Positions 38,032-48,980 of a DNA stretch of 64,000 nucleotides are shown one piece after another. Every line of letters begins with the position of its first letter. The first letter of the stretch is position 1. The stretch is taken from NCBI RefSeq assembly GCF_039654945.1, contig NW_027361676.1, positions 5,208,001 to 5,272,000 of the forward strand, given 5' to 3'. A model generated the notes under the pieces. It was not told the origin of the DNA, made no database searches, and worked only from the letters and a program-made list of their open reading frames with translations. The DNA comes from Dendrobates tinctorius. Its lineage: Eukaryota. Position numbers and translations under genes: made by a program.

Positions 38032-38738
38032 TGTTATGGGGATTTCATGAGGATGCTGCAACAGAGTGGGGCCCGAAGATTGCGGTGTCTGGTTACAGGT
38101 ACATCAGCGCTGATTAGAACTGCTTCACTTTCCTATTAGCAGTTCATGTTTTCCTTGCTTTGCTCTTACAAGGGTTGCTGAAGCTCTCCGTCCTGAGTTG
38201 TATCAGGTGTTCATCACTTCCCTCAGGTTTAATATTCTCCTCTAAGCTTCAGTTGTTGCCAATAATAGCTTGCAACTACCTGGTTTGGAGCTGGAGAAAT
38301 GAGCTGAGAAAGGAGCAGGCATTTTGAGTTATTTCAGAAGATATCTGTTTGTAGTTGGTTTGTGTGTGTGTCTCCCAATCTCCACTCCTATTTGGTTTAC
38401 CTCACCATCTCATTCCCTATTTCCCACTTGATTGTTTGAGTGTTTTTGTATGATTGCGGTTTTCTATTAACCCTATCCGTTTCTCCTCTGTGTCTTTACT
38501 TACTTTACTTTACTAGCGTTCCTACTATTCTATTCACTAATCAGGGTGGTACTTAGGGTTAGACATGAATAGGAATGTGCTTGCTTCACAGGGTGAAATA
38601 ATCCATCTAGGGACACTAGGAACCGCAGGATGGCGCCGGGTGAGTTTCTGGGGTGCCCCTTTTGTCCTTCTGTAGTGGCAGCACTTTCTTCCTCTTCTGT
38701 CTTGCCATGCACTGTCTTGCTCAAGGAGAAGAGTGACA
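38032..38738 (+). mobile_element. Solo LTR
   Basis: TGTTAT...GTGACA termini, TSD GTGAG/GTGAA, resembles LTRs at 5608 and 58724. Confidence 0.65.
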
Positions 38739-38861
38739 GTGAAAACACCAGTACTACCAGGTCTAAGAAAGCTTTACATTAATGTTTGTAGTTTGTATTG
38801 TGAAACCGTGTGACAGACTTGCTTTATGACTGTCTTCGAAAAAGCATTGCATTTTAAAAAG

Positions 38862-38914
38862 GCCAGTACGGTAGCTCAGTCGTTAGTACTATAGCATTGC
38901 AGTGCTGAAGTCCT
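38862..38914 (+). mobile_element. tRNA-derived SINE head fragment
   Basis: GTACGGTAGCTCAGTCGTTAGTACT (A box), similar to the head of the SINE at 48534. Confidence 0.5.
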
Positions 38915-39406
38915 TTAAAGAAGATTTTAAATCACTATCACTAGATTGTCACTAGATTTCACAATGCAAACTGCATACATTATTGTACAGATCTTTTATA
39001 CCTGATTGTACTAGAGTACTTACCAAGGACACTATGTAAATTTTGCCATGATCTTCACCACTTTGGCATCCTATAAATATTAAGAACATGGAAGAAGTCA
39101 ATAGCCATTTTGTGAGCTGCATTGCCTGCTACATGTTCACAGACTTACCAGTGGAAAAGCCAAACTTTACCTGCTTGTATCCCTGTTGGAGTGAAAGTTG
39201 TAAAGTCTAGAAGAGAGAAATAGCTACATGGAAAATGATTAAAGAAGGTGAGGAGCTTTTAGATAGAGCAGAACTATATCTTTAGAATACAGAAAGAGAA
39301 GAAATGTGTAGTGCACCTGAAGAAACAGAGTCTTGAAAGCTTGTGACCCAGAGAAGCAAGCGGATCAGGAGGCAGTCAGCACCCATACTGCTCAGGAACT
39401 AGTACC

Positions 39407-40450
39407 TGTCATGATCCATGCTGGATCATGACTGATATAATTCAAAGTAACCTTTTTTTTCCTTGAGCTGTGTGCTCGGAGTTGGGTTTGCCCCCGGTGG
39501 CCAGTATGGTCATCGCATTGGTGTTTTTAGAGATAGTTTGGCCCCCGGTGGTGGTTAGTGTAATTACACTGGAATCATTAACAGGTGTGTTTACTCAATA
39601 AAGGTGTGTCAGTTGTGCTCACTGACATTGGTGATATTGTTGGTCTTTTCCAACCATGCTGGGTGAAGGAAGGAGCAGAGCAGAGTCCAGGACAACTCAG
39701 TCAGAGTCCTGGAGTGGCAGCTATGGTGTCAGCGAGGAGTTCGTGTAAAGCATGGTGGAGTGGCAGCTATGGTGTCAGTGAAGAATTCTTGGAAAGCTTG
39801 GTGGAGTGGCAGCTATGGTGTAGAGCTGCACTCAGTTGCTGGACTCTTTTGCTGGAAGCTGCACTCAGGTGCTGGACTCTTTTGCTGGAAGCTGTACTCA
39901 GGTGCTGGACTCTTTTGCTGGAAGCTGCACTCAGGTGCTGGACTCCGTTGCTGGACAGCTGCACTCAGGTGCTGGACTCCGTTGCTGGACAGTGCACCCA
40001 GGTGTTGGACATGGTGGGAGGAAGATGCACTCAGGTGTTGGACTCTGTTGCCTGGAGCAAGTGCATCAGAGCAAAGCTAAGTGTTTCCCTGTTTGTCACT
40101 TTTCCTCATGTTGGTGTTAGTACAGTGGTGGGGCCAGTGCCTACACCACCCAGCTCCCTAGTAAGGTGTAGGGTGTGCTAGGGTGACAGGTATCCTGATC
40201 GGCGACAGGTGAGGAGCCTGTATAGGGACGTTAGGAGTGTTAGGGACACTGACTCAAGGGAGTGCAGGAGGTCTCCACATCCCCCGTTCCCTATCGCAGA
40301 GCCCACCGTTGCAAATGTTTCCCTATCCCCTGTGTCTTGTATTAGTTACCAGCCTGCGGGCCGCGTCACACTGGACAATTACACGTGCCGTGTCCTGTTG
40401 TATTAGTTACTGGCCTGCTGGCCGTGTCACACAGGACGGGGCACGTGACA
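39407..40450 (+). mobile_element. Solo LTR nested in CR1 ORF1
   Basis: TGTCATG...CGTGACA termini, TSD GTACC/GGACC. Confidence 0.8.
39826..40056. repeat. 33-bp minisatellite (about 7 copies) within the LTR
   Basis: CTGCACTCAGGTGCTGGACTCTTTTGCTGGAAG repeated in tandem. Confidence 0.9.
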
Positions 40451-40686
40451 GGACCAGGCTCTGTCGCAGGAGAACACTAATCAAATACATCAAGATAAGA
40501 CTTTGATCTGAAAGTACAACCTTGTAAGCACTCAGATTCCTGTTGGATGAAGAAAAATGTTGTGACGAAGAAAGGGATAGAGGTGGTCATTAGGGATTCC
40601 ATGTTGAGACGAACAGAAACTGTTATCTGCAGACTGGATATAACCTCGTGAAAAATGTGTTGTCTTCCATGTGCAAAAATCAAACA

Positions 40687-41003
40687 CTACACTACACCAC
40701 AGACGGCGCTAGCTGCCCCACGCTTCCAGCTCATCTTAGGACCTCTGCCTGGTCCCTGCCAGACCGGACTTCTACATATGGCACTTTAGTGAGGTTTGAA
40801 AAAGACCCGACATAGGGTCGAAACGTTACCTCAACGCACTATTCCCCTGTGGTGTCTTCAATAATAAAAAATTTTTTGCATTGAAAATCAAAATTTCCCA
40901 GAGTGCAGCTATTTTCTCTTCACTGGATGACTGTCTGGACTAAGTTCCAGGTTCAGCTTGCACCTACCTCATATCCACAGAGTGCACGCCTTGTATGTAT
41001 CAC
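40687..41003 (+). mobile_element. 317-bp Penelope-like/retrozyme-like insertion
   Basis: Perfect 13-bp TSD CAAAAATCAAACA (40674-40686 / 41004-41016). Interrupts CR1 ORF1 (CCLPCAKIKH-VSD). Contains a hammerhead motif and AATAAA near 40863. Confidence 0.75.
40790..40833 (+). ncRNA. Minimal type I hammerhead ribozyme (U3-A8 variant)
   Basis: Stem I TGAGGT/ACCTCA, core TTGAAAA plus A, stem II GACCC/GGGTC, GAAA, palindromic ACGT stem III, predicted cleavage after GUU (40827). Confidence 0.65.
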
Positions 41004-41892
41004 CAAAAATCAAACATGTCTCTGACAGGATATTAGGACTCTTCAGACCTATAGATGACTACCCATTCTTGCTAATATATGCGGGGATAAATGACACCAC
41101 AAGAAACTGACCTGGAAATCATCTGCAGTGACTTTGAAGACTTAGGCAAGAAAGTGAAAGAACTCGGAGCGCAAGTGGTCTTCTCTTCCATCCTCCCAGT
41201 GGATAGCCATGGGACAAGAAGGTGTCACAAGATTCTACAGGTAAACAACTGGCTACGCCGATGGTGCCGAGACTGGAAAACACAAATTTGGAATTGGTCT
41301 TGCTATTCTCATCAGGAGAGCTTTAAACTAGGAACATTGTTGGAAGGGCAGCAAAAGGACAGGGAAAGGCATACAGCAAACAGATGTCACATTGTATGTT
41401 AGAAAAGCGCATATCTACACAGAGACTGAAGCTTCAGAGACTGGGAGTTCTGTGGAAACTGTTTGGGTAAGAATATAATGAGAGACCAATGGAAAGGACA
41501 ACATTGTAGGCGTTTACTACAGGCCACCTGGGCAAACTGATGATATGGATGAACTCTTTATGCATCAGATGGCCAAGTTCTCAAAAAAATATGACGTAGT
41601 GATCATTGCAGACTTCAACAATCCACACATTTGTTTGGAATCTCTTTCATGGAAAAGTAACAGGTACAGCAAATTCTTATACTCAACTTTAACTTCCAAA
41701 AGTTAGAGGAGAAAACAAGGGGATCTGATACCTTGGATCTAATTTTAATAATCAGGGAAGAAATTGTTGAGGAGGTAAGGGTGGCTGGGACCGTAGGAGG
41801 CAGCAATCAAGGTTGGATTTCAGAAAGGCAGACTTTAAGGGACTCAGAATGAGTATAGGAGGGATCCAATGGCTGATGCCCTGTCATAAAGA

Positions 41893-42538
41893 TTAAGGAA
41901 ACTATAAGCATTGTGAAGTTAATGCTGTTACACTGATTAAAATGCTACCTGGGGTGATGAAATCCGTCTTGTCGTTGTTTAATCTGTATTTTGCAGTTTT
42001 CAGTTAATAAGATTCTTGTGCTTCGGGGTGGCCTGCGGGCCAGTCTTTTTTTGGTGCTCTGTTCTCGTATTAATCCTTATAATCTTAAATGACAGGTCAC
42101 TGAACCGTCAGTGTACTGCTTCCTATTTTAAATACTGCACTTGCGCAGTCCATATTGCGGTCTATAATTTTTTTTTTAACTGCAACAAACTGGTGCTGCC
42201 ATTGGCGCATGCACAGTAGCAACTATCGCATACCGACAGATGCTACTGCGCATGCATCGGCGGCGCCATTATGTTGGAGGGAAAAAAATTGGCTGCAGCA
42301 AAATGGCACTGGTGGTGGCACTTGCGCATCTATCGGATATAGATGGTACCGTGCATGCACTGACGGCGCCATTTTGCTGCAGCCAAATAGTTTTTTCCTC
42401 CGCCAAAATGGCGCCACCAGCACATCCAGTAGATGTTACTGCACAAGTGCCATTGCCAGTGCCATTTTGCTGGAGACAAAATTTTTTTCCCTCCAACAAA
42501 ATGGTGGCGGCTCATGCCCAGTAGCATCTACTGGCAAG
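41893..42538. mobile_element. Truncated Kolobok/T2-like MITE inside CR1
   Basis: Begins at TTAAGGAAAC. Internal inverted/tandem GCCATTTTGCTG / CAAAATGGC and TGCGCATGCA motifs. Right TIR not found. Confidence 0.45.
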
Positions 42539-43329
42539 CAAAAGAGATAGCAGAGGAAATTATTGAGCCACTCTCCATAATCTTTGAAAATTCTTGGAAA
42601 ACAGGAGAAATCCCAGAAGACTGGAAAAGAGCAAATGTTGTGCCTATACTCAAAAAAGGGAAGAAGGTGAACCCAGGGAACTATAGGTCGGTGAACCTGA
42701 CTTCTATACCAGGAGAGATGTTTGAACAAATTATTAAACAACAAGTATGCAAGTACCTGGATGAGAATTAAGTGACTAACAGAGCCAGCATGGGTTTGTA
42801 ATAAATAAGTCATGTCAGACTAACTAAATTAACTATTCTATGACAGAATCACTGACTGGGTGGATCAGGGAAACGCAGTAGATATAGTATATCTTGGGGC
42901 CCTGTATTGTTCAACATCTTTATAAATTGTTTAGATGAAGGAATTGAGGGTAAACTGATTACATTTGCTGATGACACAAAGCTAGAAGGGATAGCTAATA
43001 CTAGAGAAGAGACAGATGATTCAAAAAATATCTAAACAAACTAGAACTGTGTGCAGCAACTAACAGAATAGTTTTTAATGGAGAAATGCAAAGTCCTACA
43101 TCTGGGCTATAAAAATGAAAAAAAAACATTCAGAATGGGAGGAATAGGTATAAGCAGCAACACATGTGAAAAAGATTTGAGTATACTAATAGATCACAGA
43201 CTGAACATGAATCAACAGTGTGATGCAGCAGCAAAAAAAGCAAACACAATTCTGGGTTGCATTAACAGAATCATAGAGTCAAGATCATGTGAAGTCATTA
43301 TTATCCACCTCAAATTTTTCGGCTGAGTG

Positions 43330-43856
43330 AAGACTTATTTTTTGCATGCTGAACAGATATTTTTATCAATACCATTTGGGGTAGAAACTTTTTTTTTGCT
43401 TTAATATTCTTCTTAGGAGACTTGAAACTGCGATCTTCTGATCATTTGTGCTATACATAGCAGGGCTTAGCCTGCTATGTGTAGCAGAAATGCTCATCTG
43501 CTCCGGCAGCTCATAGCAGATCGGCAGTGACAAGCACGGGGGTCTCCTGCTGACCCACGGTTGTCATGCCAATCCATCAGTGCCCCTCGATCATGTGACA
43601 GTTGCAATGGACGGAGTTAGTGATGCGCTTTTGGCACGTGCATGTTAAATGCTGCTGTCAGAGATTGACAGCAGAATTTAACATGTTAAGAGGCACGGGT
43701 GGATCGTGATTCCACCCGCGGCTGTTAGGGGCACATGACAGCTTATCCGATCAGCTGTTATGTGCCTAAAAAGATGTGGACTCAGTGCCAGAGCCAACAT
43801 CAAAGAGGGGGAGACGACCTATGATGTACCTATATGTCATAGGTTGTAAAGGGGTT
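43330..43856 (+). mobile_element. 3' remnant of a piggyBac-like non-autonomous element
   Basis: Ends ...GTAAAGGGG-TTAC, with subterminal palindromes. Confidence 0.5.
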
Positions 43857-43949
43857 ACTGATACTATGTAAGCGAGTAAAGAAGCTAAATAAAAATGAAT
43901 AAATTTGAAATGCTATCTTTTTCTTTTCTTGTGGCCAGGAAGAAAAGAA

Positions 43950-44059
43950 AAGTTGGTTACCAGTCAGTGATTCAAACCAGTTTTAACTGCTTTGAACAGG
44001 CACTCACACCTGTTCAAAGCAGTTAAAACTGGCTTGAATCACTGACTGGTAACCAACTT
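43950..44059. repeat. 51-bp-arm inverted repeat with 8-nt loop
   Basis: 43950-44000 versus 44009-44059, one mismatch. Confidence 0.95.
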
Positions 44060-44685
44060 ATGATTTTGCTTAAAAAAAATGCTTTGTCCCAATTAATTTG
44101 CACAGTGCTGTATATCAATAGAAACAGTTCTAATAATTTTTTTTCACATATGCAAATAGCCTCTCTAGAGCAGAAGAGGACTGGAATTCTAGTTCCGCCT
44201 ACTGTAGGTAGCAATCCGTACACTCAATATTATCCCTTTAAAGGGTCTTTCTACATGACCTGGTGTAAAGCAGAAACTCCATTTGCAGATGTGTTCCTAG
44301 CCAACTTGGCACTCCCAACAAAAAAGAAGTGTTACCCATTAGATTTTTTTTTAGCAACATTTGGAGACCTTTTGATTAGACAGGGAAACATTCGGTATTG
44401 TAATATCATAAATACGATTTCAGTAAAAACAGTTTTTTTCATAGACATTTTTCATTGTACAGTGTCCCCCAAAGCTTCTGATTTCACATTCGTAGCTAAC
44501 TGTGCATGCAATAAGACACTATACTGCATATTAGGTACTTTTAGTAAGCAATATGTAGCATGGCTATATTAATAAGCAAAGCAGCTTACTTCAGGACACT
44601 GCTGCACACTGACATTAAATTGATTTTCACTCTACTACAAGGAAATCCTTGTAATCAAATATTTCTTCAGTGCACTGATTGCTAA

Positions 44686-45274
44686 GGCTGAAGTCACACA
44701 TAGCGACTCACCAGCGATCCTGACAACGATATCAACGTGTCAGCATCGCTGGTGAATCGCTATGTGATCGCTGGTGAGCTGTCACACAGACAGCTTCACC
44801 AGCGATCAGCACAGCGATGCCCAGCGCCCAGCATCGCTGTGCACGTTAATAACCAGCGTGCTGATGCAGGAAGCTGGTAACTAACGTACACATCGGGTAT
44901 CCAAGGGACGTGCATCCCTAGATACCGGATGTGTACGTTAGTTACCAGCTCCCTGCATCAGTGCGCTGGTAACTAACGTACACATCGGGTATCTAAGAGA
45001 CGCACGTCCCCTGGATACCCGATGTGTACATTAGTTACCAGCAGATCGCTGGTCTCCCGCCTGTCACACGCAGCGATGCGTGTTGGCCAGCGGGAGACCA
45101 GCGACCAAAGAAAAGTCCTGGCCTGTCCTGCAGCGATCAGCGATACCGACAGGGGGGCCGGTCGCTGATCGCTGTCACACACAGCTGATCTCGCTGGTGA
45201 GATCGCTGTTGTGTCACAAAAATTGTGACTCAGCAGCGATCTCGCCAGCGAGATCGCTATGTGTGACGGGGCCT
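44686..45274. mobile_element. Harbinger-type MITE
   Basis: TAA/TTA flanks, inverted and longer homolog of 35039-35442. Confidence 0.85.
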
Positions 45275-45924
45275 TTAGGCTCATGTGAAGCCACTTTAAT
45301 ATCAGTGCTGGAAGCTGAAGGAAATCTGATTCACATCCATGGCATAAGCAGATCCTAAATTTGGGGATGATAATTAACTTTATCTAGTAAAATGGTTTCA
45401 TAATAACTTAATATGATTACATTTTGACTGAGTGGTAAATGGAAATGCAAATGTTTATCATGTGGGTTAATATCTGCTCTAGGGTAATATTTTCTTATTT
45501 CCACATAGAACTGTGGAGCGTTTTTTAAATATTTTTTTCATGTGATAAATTTATATGAAACATCCAAGGGCACATATCATCTTAGCAACTGATAAAATAG
45601 TCTGGCTAGAATTGCTTTATAATCCCAGAAAAATCAAAGCACCAACAAATTTTAGCATTGTTCAAATTAGTTTAGGTTCAGGCCATGTAATGATATAATA
45701 TTTTGAGCATATTCTGGGAAAATCAGCAGTGTCCCTACTAGCAAATCTAGCAAAGCAAGTCAATAGTAAATGTACATAATAGAATAGGCATACAGTTGCA
45801 TGTCTGGAGGACACATTCAGTTTAACACTGTTTTCAAACATACATTTTCTTTCTTCTGCTTTTTATCTACATATTTTCTGAATGTGTCCATGCTATAATA
45901 AGCAATAACAATCTTTTATAGCAA

Positions 45925-47105
45925 AAACAATAATAATAATAATAATTTTATTTAAATAGCGCCAACATTTTCCAGTGCACTTTACAATAAACAATAAATT
46001 CAATACAAGGTAGTTTAAACAGTTGCATTAGGAGTGAGGGCCCTGCTCGCATACTTGCAATCTACAAGGAAATAGGTGAAAAGTGCTTGTTATTTCAGAT
46101 CCAGCAATTCTAATAAATAGGGATTTTCATATAATGCTACATCATCAGCCAGTGTGTTTAGGTGCAATTTTCAGGTACACTTATGTGCATGGATGGTGTG
46201 GAGACAGATGGATAGGAGGGATCAGATTCTGAATATTGTTTAGATGGAGGGAACATTGAAAAATTAGGTTAGTGAGTTGAGCTGATAGGCTTGTTTAAAT
46301 AGATGTCTTTTTAAAGCACACTTAGAAACGTGGGGGCTAGGTATCAGTTGGATCATCTGGAGTAGTGCATTCCAGAGAACTGGCGCAGCACGGGAAGAGT
46401 CTTGGACAATGAAGGTGTAAAGTTTTAATTTTGGAGTAAGTTAGTCTTAGGTCAGTTTCAGAACAGAGGGAACATGTAGTGCAATAGACAGAAATGAGGG
46501 AGGAGATATCGAGTAGTGCCGAACTGTGGAGGGCTTTGTTGGTGAGAGATATGAGCTTATACTGTATTCTGTAGCGAATGAGTAACCAGTGCAATGACTG
46601 GCATAGGGTAGAGGCGCCGGTGTAGTGACTGTACAGATATACCACCCTGGCTGCCACATTCAGGAAGGGTTGGAGAGGAGAGAGTTAGTAAGAGGGAGAC
46701 CGATTAGTAGAGTCCAGACGAGAATGAATAAGAGTGACTGTAAGAGGTTTAGCAGTTTTAAAGGTGAGAAAAGGTCGGATTCTGGAGATGTTTTTAAGAT
46801 GCAGGTGACATGAGCGAGGGAGTGATTGGATATAGGGAATAAAGGAAAGTTGTGTGTCAAATATATCCTCAAGACAGCAGATGTGCTGCCTGGGAGTTAT
46901 GGTTCAACCTTCCAAGATAATTTCAATGTCAGGTAGAGTTAGGTTAGTAGAGGGAGGAAACATAAGACGTTCAGTTTTGGAGAGATTCAGTTTCAGAGAG
47001 AGGGAGGACATTATGCAGCAGACAAACAATACTTAGCATTTTGTATTAGGGTGGGGGTGATGTCAGGGGAAGAAGTGTATAATTGGGTGTCATCAGCATA
47101 GAGAT
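45925..47105 (-). mobile_element. L2 LINE 3' fragment
   Basis: Minus-strand YADDTQLYTSSPD, LCQSLHWLLIRYRIQYKL, and a (TAT)n tail at about 45928-45946. Confidence 0.85.
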
Positions 47106-47106
47106 T

Positions 47107-47757
47107 AGAGATGGGTGGATATCTGGATGTTCGGGTCCATTGGGTTCAGCCAAACAGTTAAAAAAGTTTGAGTTCGGGTACCAGAACAGTACCTGGACCC
47201 AAACCTGAACCTGGACCTCATTCACTTGAATGGGGGGGCCTGAACATTCACCAGTGTTTGCTACACTGTCATGTGCATAACAGCGCAGCAAACACTGCTT
47301 CTGATAGGTGGTCAAATCATTACCTCCATCAGGCAGCCACGGTTCCCATGCTGTCAGCCCACAGCTGTGATTGGAGGTGTAAAGTTTACCTCCGGTCACT
47401 GGCATGGGCTGATGGGACTACTGATTCCATCAGCCTACGCCTGCTGCCGCTAATAACAGCAAGAGCAGGAGCGGCTGATGGGAGTATTAGTCAACTGGCG
47501 CCTGTGCTCTAAATAAATAATATTAAAAAATTGCGTGGGTTCCCCTGTATTTTTGATAACTGGCCAGATAAAATTGAGAGCTGTTGCTGCAATCTTCATC
47601 TGTTAGCGTTAGCAAGGCTGGTTATCAAGAATAGATGGGTCCCCACAAAGCTTTTTTAATTTATTTAAATATATAATTTAAAAAAACGATGTGGGTCTCC
47701 CCATTTTTGACAACCATCTGGAGACAGACAGCTGGAGGCTTTTATTCTCAGGCTGAG
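47107..47757. mobile_element. Truncated hAT non-autonomous element
   Basis: Starts TAGAGATGGGTGGA with GTTCGGG/CCTGAAC subterminal motifs. No right TIR. Confidence 0.6.
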
Positions 47758-47811
47758 AACCAAGAAGAGGAGGCCGAATATGTGGTCAAGGAAAAATAGG
47801 AACAATTAATA

Positions 47812-48534
47812 AATAATAATAATAATCTATATATAGCGCTAACAGATTCCGCAGTGCTTTACAGTTTGCATACATTATCATCACTGTCCCCGATTGGGCT
47901 CACTATCTAAATTCCCTATCAGTATGTTTTTGGAGTGTGGGAGGAAACCGGAGTACCCAGAGGAAACCCACGCAAACACGGGGAGAACATCTGTGACCTC
48001 GTCTCCCGGTACTTTCCTGCACGCAACCTCCGATCCTCACAAGATCTCCTTCTTTACTCCCCTCTTATCTCCTCTTCCCACAATCGCATACAAGATTTCT
48101 CTCGCGCATCACCCCTACTCTGGAACTCTCTACCACAACATATCAGACTCTCACCTACCATCGAAACCTTCAAAAAGAGCCTGAAGACCCACCTCTTCCG
48201 ACAAGCCTATAACCTGCAGTAACCACCGATCGACCAAACCGCTGCACGACCAGCTCTACCCTCGCCTACTGTATTATCACCCATCCCTTGAAGATTGTGA
48301 GCCCTCGCGGGCAGGGTCCTCTCTCCTCCTGTACCAGTTATGACTTGTATTGTTTAAGATTATTGTACTTGTTTTTATGTATACCCCTCCTCACATGTAA
48401 AGCGCCATGGAATAAATGGCGCTATAACAATAAATAATAATAACATACAAACTCCTTGCAGATGTTGTCCTTGGTGGGATTCGAACCCAGGACTCCAGCG
48501 CTGCAGTGCTATCCACTGATCCACCGTGCTGCCC
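47812..48534 (-). mobile_element. tRNA-derived V-SINE interrupted by an L2 3' end
   Basis: Head with A box TGGATCAGTGG and B box GGTTCGAATCC, V-domain GGAAACCGGAGTACCC..GGAAACCCACGCAAACACGGGGAGAAC, L2-like tail. Confidence 0.85.
47991..48443 (+). mobile_element. 5'-truncated L2 3' end
   Basis: RIQDFSRASPLLWNSLPQHIRLSPTIETFKKSLKTHLF, 3' hairpin GCGCCAT..ATGGCGC, (TAA)n tail. Confidence 0.88.
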
Positions 48535-48980
48535 AACAATTATGTTGTAATAAAATACCTTTATTAACACAAAAGCTGGTAAGTGGTAACACCACAAGGG
48601 TGCTCGCACAATTAAAAATAAAATAAGATTATACACAATAAAAATTGTAAAAAAACAGCAGAGCCACCAGGTGAAATAAATGACAATTACATCCAGGATA
48701 TACGATAGATCATTATGTATATTACTGACACTATGTAAGTACTTATTCCATACAAGAGATATTGGGCCCAGAACCAGAGCCTATAAAGCCAGAAAGGTTG
48801 ATATCTGATCATCAATCGTACTTACAGTGGGGGAAATAAGTGTTTGATTCCTTGCTGATTTTGTAAGTTTGCCCACTGACAAAGACATGACCAGTCTATA
48901 ATTTAAAGGGTAGGTTAATTTTTGACATTCAGAGATAGAATATCAAAAATAAAATCCAGAAAATCACATTGTATAAATTA

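Larger units (their letters stand above)
39085..43320 (+). mobile_element. Decayed CR1-clade LINE (ORF1 zinc finger/esterase, ORF2 APE endonuclease and RT) with several nested insertions
   Basis: ORF1: RDSMLRRTETVIC, AQVVFSSILPV, VNNWLRRWCR. APE: VGVYYRPPGQ, IADFNNP. RT: IPEDWKRANVVPILKKG...NYRSVNLTS, FADDTKL, EKCKVLHLG, EKDLSILID. Confidence 0.9.

Noticed and set aside
39585-40181. 198-aa ORF with repeated CWTLLLEAALR
   Set aside because: Produced by a 33-bp minisatellite in a solo LTR and open in several frames.
44060-44572. 170-aa ORF
   Set aside because: AT-rich, overlaps a repeat fragment, no domain or convincing splice signals.
48460-48534. tRNA gene
   Set aside because: A and B boxes are present but there is no full cloverleaf; it is the head of a V-SINE.
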